Source: Hydrurus foetidus
Lineage: Eukaryota
Direction of reading: 5' to 3'
NCBI GenBank assembly: GCA_900617105.1
Contig: UYFQ01000732.1
Span: forward strand, 124,001 to 188,000
Length of the DNA stretch: 64,000 nucleotides
Under the pieces are notes generated by a model. It searched no databases. It was not told where the DNA came from and saw nothing but the letters and a program-made list of their open reading frames with translations. Made by a program: the position numbers and the translations under genes. Below, one piece after another: positions 29,302 to 40,200 of the stretch (its first letter is position 1; each line of letters opens with the position of its first letter).

Positions 29302-30465
29302 CTACCTACCCGAGTGAGACACGAACTGCTGCAACTCCACGTTCCGTTCCGTAAGTTGGCGAGTGCCGACCGTGCGGGAGTTAGTCGTTGCATTGAAGCT
29401 TGGCAGCGTGCTTTGGGCACACACTCCACCGACGCCATCTTTTTGCGTGGCAGCTGTCACCAATTGAGAAGTCGCTCCGAATGGGGTGACCGTGGCATCC
29501 ATCGCCATGCGGGCACTTGGTGTCGATCCGCTGATATAGGCGGATGTCACCACGGGAGCGCCAGTTGGCAGCGTCCAGGAATTGGTACCTTGTGTCAACG
29601 TGGTTGCCTTGGCGGCAATAGCCGGGTTGACGTATTCCTTCGCGTCGGCAGTCAATTCCGCCCACAGCATCTTTGCGCCGAATGCAGCAGGAATGGGCCG
29701 CGTCACAATACGTGAGGAGAAGGTGTCAGCCACTGCCGTATAGGTAAGGTAAGACTTTCCGTCAACTGGTTGACCATCACTGTTGAATCGCAGTTGCTCA
29801 TTATTGATGCTCACAATATCGCCGCTGGCGTTTCCTATTGTGATTGTTGTCGTTTTATAGTAATTTCCGGCGGCGTCTCTAGTCCAGAATGATTCATTTT
29901 GGTTATTACCGTCTTTAACAATGATGGCTGTGTTGAGTGGGGATATTCCGTCTGGCGCATAGCTTATGCTCGGAGAATCCATCTGCGCCCTCGTTTGATC
30001 TGTTAGGTATTCAGTGCTAGTCGGTATAGCCGATGTTCCATTGTCGTTCTCATAGGCCTCTATCCCGCGTTTCAACAATGTGAAACCGATTGCGACACCT
30101 GCACCAAGGAGCTTCGATTCAGGTTCTGGTGAAATTGTGGCAACCAGAGATCCTATTGCAGCAGTTCCGCCTGCGAGTGCTATCAACAAACCAGGGGTGT
30201 TCCCAGCGCTATATGCGGCGTTAAAGTCCACTATTGATTGACCCAAAGAATATCCACCACCGAGGGCCCCAACAGGTTTCAACACAATATCAAACGCCTT
30301 AATTCCAGGATAAAAGGCACTTAATGCTGAAGCCAAACTTGTAAGCGACAAAAGTGCATCTTTTGCCGCTGCGTTGGCGCCGTCCATATCTCCTTTTTGG
30401 TAGGCAGAAACTGCCTTGTCAGCTGCCGAAGTGATGGATTTAAAAAATTGAAGATCGACCGGCAT
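29302..30465 (-). CDS. Hypothetical protein resembling the N-terminal part of an RTX/polymorphic toxin, apparently truncated
   Basis: Low-GC 5' half with Gly/Ala-rich hydrophobic helices; no GGxGxD repeats or C-terminal secretion signal; TGATG-coupled to the upstream small gene. Confidence 0.5.
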   Translation of the reverse strand: MPVDLQFFKSITSAADKAVSAYQKGDMDGANAAAKDALLSLTSLASALSAFYPGIKAFDIVLKPVGALGGGYSLGQSIVDFNAAYSAGNTPGLLIALAGGTAAIGSLVATISPEPESKLLGAGVAIGFTLLKRGIEAYENDNGTSAIPTSTEYLTDQTRAQMDSPSISYAPDGISPLNTAIIVKDGNNQNESFWTRDAAGNYYKTTTITIGNASGDIVSINNEQLRFNSDGQPVDGKSYLTYTAVADTFSSRIVTRPIPAAFGAKMLWAELTADAKEYVNPAIAAKATTLTQGTNSWTLPTGAPVVTSAYISGSTPSARMAMDATVTPFGATSQLVTAATQKDGVGGVCAQSTLPSFNATTNSRTVGTRQLTERNVELQQFVSHSGR

Positions 30466-30725
30466 CAGATATTTCCTTTAATGAAGAATTCGTAATAAAA
30501 ATGGGAAGACAACCAGTAATAAGCGACATGGATCGTTAGAAAAAGCATGTATTTGGACGGGATTGATTTTTTATAAACCACCCAGCACAAATACAAAAAA
30601 ATGCTGGCCATAAAAACTATTTCAACGTAAGTTATAAAAACTACAACATGCGGAAATTCTGGATACACAACAGCATCTACAAAAATACCCAACAAAAAAG
30701 ACAAAATACCAATACTTATTTTCAT
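30465..30725 (-). CDS. Small AT-rich membrane protein (3 TM), immunity-like
   Basis: 86 aa, very hydrophobic, strongly AT-rich; stop overlaps the next start. Confidence 0.6.
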   Translation of the reverse strand: MKISIGILSFLLGIFVDAVVYPEFPHVVVFITYVEIVFMASIFLYLCWVVYKKSIPSKYMLFLTIHVAYYWLSSHFYYEFFIKGNI

Positions 30726-31073
30726 ATTAGATAGTTCATTGAAATGAATTCGAATCCATCGAGACTGGCTGGCAATACCAACCTATCGGTAGGTATTTCA
30801 ATAAATTCAGCAAAAGGAGGTGAGTTGCCGCCAAGGCAGAGCGGTTGTATGGTTGTGAAATCTGTCATGGCTGTCTGCCATAATTGCACCTCGTAGGCGT
30901 CTCGGTTAAAACGATAGAAATAAATTGTGCGAACACTTTTACGGCAGTTCCGCGGCCAACGCGATTAACTACGAATCCATATATTTTTACTGGGGACATT
31001 TGACGATCGAGAGATTTCAACTGGGATAAAGGTAAAACATAAAAATGAATTCCGGGAGCAACTCGAGTCCGCT

Positions 31074-32093
31074 TTAATGACTACTTGCCTGCCTTATCCA
31101 TTTCGTAGCAATCCACTTTTCTCCTCTTTTAAGGGGTGCCCCTGAATGTAAGTTCATGCGATCCAATTCATTCTTTGAATTTGTATAGGAGAAGTACAAA
31201 ACACACCCTTGTATTGGCTGAATTTCAAGGTTTAGCTTTGGGAACGTTGTCTTTCCGCCTTCTTTGACAGTATTTAGATAAACGATCATGGTTGCAACAC
31301 GTTGCCCTCCCACGCCAATAGTAAATTGGCTGGACGGGATCTCGGGAGGGAAGAAATCATAGTGCGGTCGATATTCGCCGCCTTCGCCATATTGCAATAC
31401 TTGTAGGCCTTCTCCATTCTCGACTGGCCAATCTGCCAGTTGCGCCAATCGGCCCTCTATCTCCTCAATTAGCGGTGTTTGAGAACGGTCAAAATAAGTT
31501 CCATTGCTTGTTCTAAAGTCCCTCACGACCAATTGAGCACTTGCACGATCATGTGTGCGCGACGGTGTCAAACTGGGGCGACTCATTTCAATCAGCGCTT
31601 CGCACTCTTCGGCGGAGAGTACGTTCTCATACAACACAATGCGTGGTCGCTCAAGATTCATAATTACGGATATCTTGCGATCCCCGATTTGAATGTCATT
31701 GGTCACAGGCTTCGGGGCAGTTTCATAGTTGTAGCCTTGCGCCTCACTACGTCGACGGAGACCCGCACTGCGTTGTGTCCAAGCTGCACGAATCTCTCTC
31801 GATGCCGCGTCGATCAATGTTTGCTCCAGAACACCTCGCTCAATATTGCGAACAATCCATTGCTGCCAATCGCCCGTTAGTTGATCTGCTTGCATTAACC
31901 CTCCATCTTTAATTGCAAGTGGCTCTTTTTGCAGTTTTTCAATCAAGTTTTGTATAGATACCGAATTGAATCCCTGCTCTACCATGACATCAAGCAATGT
32001 TTGTATTGGAACTTGGCGCGCAAGGTTTTCTCCCAACCAACGCTGCCAGTTGTTATTTATTTCCTTTTTGGGTTTGGTCGCGTTCATACTCAC
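31074..32093 (-). CDS. 2OG-Fe(II) oxygenase, prolyl-4-hydroxylase-like, with N-terminal extension
   Basis: RTSNG, EGLQVLQY, YRPHYDFF (HxD), GQRVATMIVYLN, LHSG, KWIATKWIR. Confidence 0.9.
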   Translation of the reverse strand: MSMNATKPKKEINNNWQRWLGENLARQVPIQTLLDVMVEQGFNSVSIQNLIEKLQKEPLAIKDGGLMQADQLTGDWQQWIVRNIERGVLEQTLIDAASREIRAAWTQRSAGLRRRSEAQGYNYETAPKPVTNDIQIGDRKISVIMNLERPRIVLYENVLSAEECEALIEMSRPSLTPSRTHDRASAQLVVRDFRTSNGTYFDRSQTPLIEEIEGRLAQLADWPVENGEGLQVLQYGEGGEYRPHYDFFPPEIPSSQFTIGVGGQRVATMIVYLNTVKEGGKTTFPKLNLEIQPIQGCVLYFSYTNSKNELDRMNLHSGAPLKRGEKWIATKWIRQASSH

Positions 32094-33399
32094 CGCTCCC
32101 TCAAACTCTCACTACCCGCCCTCTGCACCGGACTGAGCAGAAACTCAATAATCCGCCGCTTCCCCGTCTTAATCTCCGCCGTCACATTCATCCCCGGACT
32201 GATAGGAATATGTTTTCCATCGATGAGCATGTCTTTCTTCTCCAAGGTCAGTGTCGCCGGGTAGTAGCTTCCCTTCTTCTCATCCGTCACTGCATCCGCT
32301 GACACGTTGTCCACGGTGGCTTTGACCGTGCCGTACTTGGTGAAGCTGAAGGTCTCCAACTTGATCTCCGCCTCCTGGCCTCCGTTGACGAAGCCAATGT
32401 CCTGGTTGGCAATGGAGACTTCTGCCGTCACCTGGTTGGAGTCCGGCACCACCACCATCAGCGCCTGGGCACTTGTGACGACTCCGCCTACGGAGTGAAT
32501 AGCTAGTTGCTGGATCACTCCGGAGACTGGTGCTCTGAGCTGGGTCTGCTTTTGTCTTTGGTCGGCCTTGGAGTTGTCGGCACTGAGCTGGATGCGGCGG
32601 GTAGCGGCCTGGGCGTAGCGGTCTGCCAGTTGGCGCTGGGTTTCGGCCTTGTAGGCGCTCTTGGCCTGTTCGGTTTCTGCTGCTGTGGCCAGTGCTTCTG
32701 CCAGTTTGGCCTTCTGGGTGGCCAGGTCCCGTTCCAGTTCCACCCGCTCCCGGGTCTTGTCCTGGGTGGCGTGGCTGGAGATAAAGCCTTGGTCTACCAG
32801 CTTGGTGAAGTCAGCTTCCCGGCTTTGGGCCATGGGTAATGTTGCTTCCAGTTTGGCAATGCTGGCCTTGACGGTGGCGATCTCGGCTTGGCGGCGGTTG
32901 CTTTCTGCATCGAGCTTGGAGAGCTTGGCGCTGATGTCTTGCCATTCGGCTTGGAGTTGGGCCTGGAGCTGGGATTTGGTACCGATATCAGCCTGCAGCC
33001 CGCTTAGTACTTGCGCGAGTAGCTTCTCTTTTGATAGCAGTTGCAGCAGAGCCTGGGTACGCTGCTCTTCGCTGTGGGCGGCTTTGAGCTGTTCCTGCAG
33101 GCTGCTTTGGTCCGCACTGGCCATGGTGGGGTCCAATTCGACCAGGACTTGACCGGCCTGGACCTTGTCACCGTCTTTGACGAGCACGGCTTTGACAACA
33201 CTGGCTTCCAAGGGTTGTATGACCTTGGTGCGGTCGCTGACGATGATGCGGCCCGGAGCAACCGCCACGATGTCCACCTCCCCGAAGATGGACCAGACCA
33301 AGGCCAGCACAAACAGAATCATCAGACCCCAGGCCAGGCGGCCTGGAAGATCGCTTTGTAGCGGGACAGCAGTTCCAGGATGGGGTGGCGCTGGAACAT
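32090..33399 (-). pseudogene. hlyD: HlyD-family T1SS adaptor, copy 1, with a 112-bp frameshifting deletion near the 5' end (intact ORF 32090-33322)
   Basis: Near-identical to 46228-47703; 5' piece MFQRHPILELLSRYKAIFQAAW (ATG 33399) is joined out of frame at a CCAGGCG microhomology. Confidence 0.85.
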
Positions 33400-33449
33400 C
33401 ACGTTACCGCCTCTTGATAGATTATCTTTTTACTTAGATAATTCGAAGA

Positions 33450-33779
33450 ATGAAAGCTCTCAAATTCATGGGCGATAGCCAAGCCGCTTTGGCAGCGTTT
33501 CCCATCAACGCCAAGCGCGAGGCAGGCTTTGAGCTGTGGCAGGTTCAACTGGGGTTGATGCCTGCGGACTTTAAGCCCATGCCCACGGTGGGTGCTGGTG
33601 CCTATGAGATTCGGGTCAAAGTGCAGGGCCAGTGGCGCGTGATTTACGTGGCTAAACATGCCGATGCGGTATATGTGTTGCATTGTTTTCATAAAACCAC
33701 GCCCAAAACGGCGCAACCCGATATTGAGTTGGCGGCTAAACGGTACAAACTGATTGGAGTACGACATGACAAAAGCTAA
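33450..33779 (+). CDS. Type II TA toxin, RelE/ParE (HigB-like)
   Basis: DFKPMPTVGAGAYEIRV, RVIYVAK..AVYVLHCFHKTT. Confidence 0.9.
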   Translation: MKALKFMGDSQAALAAFPINAKREAGFELWQVQLGLMPADFKPMPTVGAGAYEIRVKVQGQWRVIYVAKHADAVYVLHCFHKTTPKTAQPDIELAAKRYKLIGVRHDKS

Positions 33780-34068
33780 ACCTAACGTGGATGCACGGGT
33801 CACCGCATCCAGCGGCAATGTATTCACCGACTTGGGTTTTGCGCCCGGCGAGGCGGCTGTCTTGGCACTGCGTGCAGACTTGATGGGGCGGCTGCGCCTG
33901 CTGATTGAAGAGCGTGGTTGGAGCCAGGTACAGGCTGCCGAACACTTTGGCATTGGACAGTCGCGCGTAAGCGACTTGGTGCGTGGCAAATGGGAAAAAT
34001 TTAGCCTGGACATGCTCATTACCCTTGCCGCTCGTGCTGGGAAACAGGTGAAGATGGCGTTGGCGTAA
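33766..34068 (+). CDS. XRE-family HTH antitoxin (HigA-like)
   Basis: SSGNVFTDLG, SQVQAAEHFGIGQSRVSDL.RGK..FSLDML; follows the toxin. Confidence 0.9.
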   Translation: MTKAKPNVDARVTASSGNVFTDLGFAPGEAAVLALRADLMGRLRLLIEERGWSQVQAAEHFGIGQSRVSDLVRGKWEKFSLDMLITLAARAGKQVKMALA

Positions 34069-34167
34069 CCGATGTTCATGGCCGGGCCTGAATTTTCAAT
34101 GAGCGACACCGTTACATCCCTCCTGATTTAAAACCCAATGATCGCCCTGCTGCAGCCCTGGCGTTTT

Positions 34168-34222
34168 TGCTATTAACTTGATAGCTACTAGCGCATACAG
34201 CATAAGGGCTTGAGTCCTATTT
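34168..34222 (+). repeat. Interspersed ~55-bp repeat, intergenic copy
   Basis: TGCTATTAACTTGATAGCTACTAGCGCATACAGCATAAGGGCTTGAGTCCTATTT, just 3' of the RTX gene. Confidence 0.8.
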
Positions 34223-34229
34223 CGTTCGC

Positions 34230-37200
34230 TTAGTGCCAGTTGGCGGCAATCACCGGGGTCAGCGTAGTAGCTGCAGTCCCCGTCAATGTGGTCTGCCCAG
34301 CAGCAGGCGGGGCAAAGGCCGCCATGGCATTCACCAAGTTCTGCACCTGGCTGTCCAGCAGCACCTTGCCATCGCTGGTCTTGAACTGCTCCACGTGGTA
34401 CTGGCTGCCCGGGTATTGCGCCCCGACGTACCAGTTCTTAATCGTGACGCCGTCGGTCGTGCCAATCACATTGACGTTCAGGTCATTGCCGGTGTGGGTG
34501 AACCACAGTTGGTTGGCATTGATGCCCTCCAACGTCAACACATCATTGCCACCGACATCAGTGAGCGTGTCATGGCCATCCCCTGCCGCAAACCAGTACT
34601 TGTCATCGCTCCAATTGGTGCTGACGATGGTGTCATTACCTTTGCCACCACGCACAGAATCCCCACCGCCACCGGCGTTGATGGTGTCGTCACCCGCACC
34701 CGCATTGATGGTGTCTGAGCCCCAACCGGTAGAAATGATGTCATTGCCGGCACCGGAATTGACCACATCGTTCCCATAGCTGGTGGTGATGACGTCCTCC
34801 CCCGACCCCGTGGTCACGACCGTGTTTGCACCAGTAGCGACCACCGTGTTGTTACCCTCGCCCGCGTTGATCGTGCTGAAGCCCCAATCGGTGGTGATGT
34901 GGTCATCGCCCTTGCCAGCCACAATGATGTTGTTGCCACCACCAGCGTTGATGCGGTTATTGCCGTCGCCTGCGTAGATGGTGTCGTTGCCATAGCTGGT
35001 GGTGATGACATCGTTGCCCGAACCGGCAGTGACGTAGGTGTCTCCACCAGTAGAAATCACCGTGTTGTCGCCTTCGCCGGCCAAGAGCTTGTCCGTGCCA
35101 CCGTTGCCAATCAAGGTTTCGCTGCGACGGGTTCCGTTCAGGGTGTCATTGGTCCAGCTGCCCGTGATGACATTGAGGTTGTTGCCAGTACCTGCGAATT
35201 CATCGGCAATATCCACTGTAAAGCGAGTGGACACACTGGCGCCCGAGCGGTCCGTTGCCGTGACCTGGAAGTCAAAGCTTCCGCCATCAGCACTGCCTGG
35301 CGCGCCGCTAAAGGTGCGGGTTGTGGCATTGAAGCTCAGCCAGCTTGGCAATGCCTGGGTAGTACCGGCAGCATTTACTGCCAATGCGCTATAGCTCAGC
35401 ACATCGCCGTTGTCCACATCGGCAAAGGTGTTCACCGGTACCGTGAAACTGAAAGCCTGCTTCTCACGGGCAGCCTGGCTGGCGATGGCACTGGCCAACG
35501 TGGGCGCATCGTTGGTACCTGTGATGGTGATGCTCAGCTTGGAGTTGGCAGTCAAGGGCTGCAGGCCGTCGTCCTGAACGGTGCAGTTGAACTGGTCAAT
35601 CACCGTCTGACCGACACCCAGGGACTGCACAGACGCCAAGGCGTTGTTCAGCACATAGCTGTAAGCGCCATTGGCATTCAGGGTCAAGGTGCCGTATTGG
35701 CCGGCAAACGTACCCACATTGGCCACCTTAAGCACGGTGCCCTGGTCCAGATCCACATCGTTGGTCAGAACATTGCCCGTGCTTGGAGCCGTTGCGTCTT
35801 CCTGCACTGCGCCACTGTCTGCAAAAGCCACAGGCGCGTCATTGGTACCCGTGACAGTCACATTCAGAGTGGCATTGGACGTAGCCAAGCCATCGGTGGC
35901 GGTATAGCTGAAGCTGTCCACCACCTGTTGTCCTTCGTGCAGGGTTTGCACATTAGCTTGGGCGTTACTGAGGTCATAGCGGTAGCTGCCATCGGCCTGC
36001 AAGGTGAGATCACCGTATGTGCCATGCATGACACCTGCGGTCGCTACGGACAAGGTGTCGCCAATGTCGATATCGGTGTCATTGCCCAAGACATTGCCTG
36101 TCGCGCTGATTGCCGTGTCCTCGGTGACTTGTGCCACGTCACCACGTGCCTGCGGACCATCGTTGGTGCCCTGGATGGTGATGGTCAGGGTGGACGTTGC
36201 CGTTTTGTTGTCAACGGCGTTGTCCTGAACGGTGTAGCTGAAGGTGTCTGTCAGCGTACCGTTGCGTCCCAACGCTTGAACTGCATTCAGGCTGTTGTTC
36301 ACCGCATAGCTGTAACTGCCATCCGCATTCAATTGGAGCTGACCGTAGGCACCGCTGAATGTGCCGACGTTTGCCACCGTCAGGTGCTGGCGGTTGTCGA
36401 TGGGCAGGTCTGGGTCGGTGTCGTTAGTCAACACGTTGCCGATGCCGGGGGCGATTGCATCTTCTACCGCGGTCCCAGTGTCTGCCGCGGCCGTTGGCGC
36501 ACGGTTATCCAGCAGGATCTGGATGAAATGGGCGTCGATGGCGGTAGAGCCATTCTCGAACTGGATCGACTCGATCGCATTGGGGGAGATTTGGCCCCAC
36601 GTGTCGGTGAACCAGTTTTGAAGCACCAAGGCGTCAGTCGTGCCTTTGATCGTGACGATGACGTCCTGGTTGTGGCGGGTCAGCTCCAGATCGGCTGCGC
36701 TCAGGTTGCCTCGCACCAAGACGCGGTCTGCAGCACCTGCGCTGTCTAGCACCGTGTCGCGACCACCGCCAAGTTGCAGCACATAGGTGTCGTTGCCTGC
36801 ACCGCCTTGGAGGGTGTCAAACCCGGTGCCGCCAGTCAACGTATCTACCCCTGCACCACCGATGAGGGTGTTGCCGGCGTTGTTGGCAATTAGCTCAGCA
36901 CCTGTATTGTTACCAGTCAACGTTAGGGCGGCGGAACCGGTTGCTATCAGTTTCTCAATGTTGGCATTGAGACGGAAGCTCACACTGGTCTGCACGGAAT
37001 CAAAGCCTTGGCCCTCGCCTTCAACAACGAAGTCCGCAGCATTGTCAACAATATAGGTATCGTTACCTTCTGCACCCAGCATGACGTCTGCGCCTGTGCC
37101 GCCATCAAGGAAGTCATCGCCCAGATTGCCCATGAGGAAATCGTTGCCAGCACCGCCCGACAAGATCACCTTGCCGGGGCCACTGGTCGTGAAAGTATCG

Positions 37201-40200
37201 TTACCGTCGCCACCGTAGGCAGCTTCCACAGTGGATTGGGCCAAGTCCAAGGTGACTCCTGCAGCGCCTTCCACCAGGACGACGTCAAATCCCTTACCGC
37301 CCTGGATGGCCAGAGGGTCATCCTGTGCATCGATCACCAGAGTGTCGTTGCCATCGCCTCCCATCAGGACGTCCTTGCCCGCACCGCCGCGCAGCCAATC
37401 GTTCTGACTACTTCCTGTGATCGTGTCGTCACCGGCGCCGCCATTGATCCAGCCGGCGTGGCTCGCACTGATGATGTCCGCACCATCGCCACCAATAGCT
37501 CCATCTTGTACGGCGGACAGCGTCACGTTCAGCGGTTGCTGGTTTCCGGCCAGCAGGAATACCCGTCCATCCACAAGTTTTACCGTGGTGCTGCCGTCGG
37601 GGTTTGTGTTGACTGCTTGATAGCCATTCAGATCCACGTTGAAACTGACATCAGCAACTGCATGCGTTACGGACTGTCCATTGGCATCAAATGTCGCGGT
37701 GGACATTGCGGATATTTCCACTTCGCCACCGGCATAGTTCACGAGTCGGCGAGTTCCCGAAAGTGAAGTCAATCCGGCTTGGGCGAAGGTTTGCAGCTCT
37801 CCAGCATCCGAAATACCGTTGCTGTTGGCATCAACCCAAAGCTTGAGGTTTTCAAATCCGACGTCGTCAGCGGTGATTTGTCCGTCACCATTGGTATCGT
37901 GCAGCGTCATCAGCGCTTGCAGATCCGTGTCGGTGGCTGCAGTGCGGCTCGCAAAGGCGATTTCGGCACCGTAGGTGATTTTTCCGTCACCGTTCAGATC
38001 TTCGACAACCATCGCATCATGAGGCCCTACCCAGCCGGTATGGTGCAACAAACCGTCGCCGTTAGTGTCGAAGTACACGTTGGAGGCTTGGCGAGAAATA
38101 ATATTAACGCCATTGCCGTCCATATCGATCAAGACCGGGCCCAGCCCTGACGGACCGTACCCTCCTGGGGGTTCACTCACAGGGTTTGGGTACTCGCTTC
38201 CGATGGGACCTGAAGGAGGATTGCCGGGATTCGTAGTTCCCCCGTGGCCCGAGCCACTGCCAGCCGCGGCTTCTGCAGCTGCAGCTGCGGCTGCTGCAGC
38301 AGCAGCTGCAGCTGCGGCTGCTGCAGCAGCAGCTGCAGCTGCGGCTGCCACTGCGGCTGCAGCAGCAACAACTCTCGCTTCCTCAGTGCCGGCTTTGACG
38401 GCATCTTCCTTCGTAACTACCGCCAGTATCGCCGCGGCATTGGCGTCGGCTGTGAGCTTTTCTACGACTTGTTGAGCCGCTTCGTTTTCAGATCCAGGTG
38501 CTGCCTCAGCGACCGCTTTGGCAAGCTTGGCTAACGCAGACGCTTGCGCTGCGGCCTTGTCGGAAGCAGCGTTCGCTGCCACAGTGCCTGCATTGGTCCC
38601 GAAAGCTCCAGCGAAAACAGGTTGACCGTCTGAAGTCGTCAGGGGCTTACCATCGGCGGTCGTCCAGACAGTACGAATCGTTCCGAGGGAATCCCCAGCC
38701 ATGTGGCCTGTGAAAGTGAGTTTCCCATCGACATCCTTGGTCTCGATCATGGATGCACCGCTTTCGTAACCGTAGGCGACTTTAACGACGCCGTTTTGAA
38801 CGGTTACGCTGGAACTGGTCGAGGAGGTAAAGGCTGGGCTACCTCCGTTGTCGGCTTTGGCGGCATCGGCCTTCAAGGCCGCAGCCTCGCGCTCTTTGCT
38901 GAGCTCGGATACAAGCTCTTCAAATGCTCCTACATTGGGCGTGTCGTCGTTAACTCCACTAACGACCACATCCTGTTTTGGATTTGGTCTAAGTAAGTCC
39001 GTGTATGCGTAATATGACTTTCCATCCTCACCTGTGGCCAATGTCTTAGCCACCCATGAGTCCACTGGGCCTCCCACTATTTCCTGGTGAGCAGTAGCCT
39101 GATAAATTACCTGCCCGTAGCGGGTCTGAGTAACAACTGTCGAGAAGCCTTCGCCGCCCAATCCATTTTCATCGTTAACGCGCGCGTAACTAGTGACTAT
39201 CCCACTGCCGTCGTTTTGAGGTGCTGTGTAGGTGGATTCATTGGTTGCACTATTGGTGGCAACGGATATTCCAGCACCTAGATACAGATTGAGTACATTG
39301 CCTTGCCTTTGAGGAATGGCGATTCCTTGATTGACAGGCGCTTTGTCTGGATTGGTAATCCAAGTGTTGTTCGTAACAATATCCAATACGCTGATCAAGT
39401 TACCCTTGCTTCGCTCGACTGCAACGATGTCACTTAAACCCGCATATCGCAATTGACCGCTGGCATCGGCAATCGGTGGCTTGAGATAGGCCACCCGGGA
39501 ATCTGTACTACTAATCCCCACGAAATTGATCGAGGCAGGTCGAAGCGGATCAGGTACTACGGATGGAGGATTTACATTTCCACGTCCACCCCCTGAAATA
39601 TCTGGAAAATTGTAAGCAATAGTATTAGCCGCATCATTTAGTTTATTAGTAACTTGAGACGCTGCGTCGACAATGGCGGCCGAAAAGTCAGCACCGCCCA
39701 TCGGGTCGCTAGTAACTCCGGGACCACTGAAGTTTCCATAAAGAATATTTTTTACGGTCTCCGCCCCATAATGATATCCAACCACCGAGGCTGATGTTAC
39801 CAAGGTCAGATATACCGCCCCACCGACTGGGCCTGCTTCAAGCAGTGGAGACAGTACGCCAGCAGCGGCCTCTCCGGCGGCCCATGCTCCTGCAAGTCCA
39901 CCTCCGTTTCGAACAACAAAATCTTGAGCAGTAGTCTTTGCGGCAGCGATATTGCCGCTATTAATATATTCGTCAATTTGCCTAGCAGTGTAGTAAGTGT
40001 CCGCACCAAGCAGGATAGCGCCACCAACTCCTAGTAAACGTCCTCCATATTTAACTACGTTTTGCCCCGATAGAGCCGTTTCAGCTACTGCAATGTTATT
40101 TGCCCCGCGCCCCCAAGCATCCACTTCGGCAGGATCTATGGTGCCTATAGACGCAAACAGTTCGCCATAGCTTTTAGTACTCGCGAGCTCAGGAGGCATA

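Noticed and set aside
33399..34109. 236-aa minus-strand ORF
   Set aside because: Only the first ~10 codons are real (hlyB stub); the rest is antisense to the TA genes.
34899..36749. 616-aa plus-strand ORF within the RTX gene; likewise long ORFs at 9845-11263, 22454-23872 and 23927-25372
   Set aside because: Antisense to well-supported genes; typical high-GC shadow frames.
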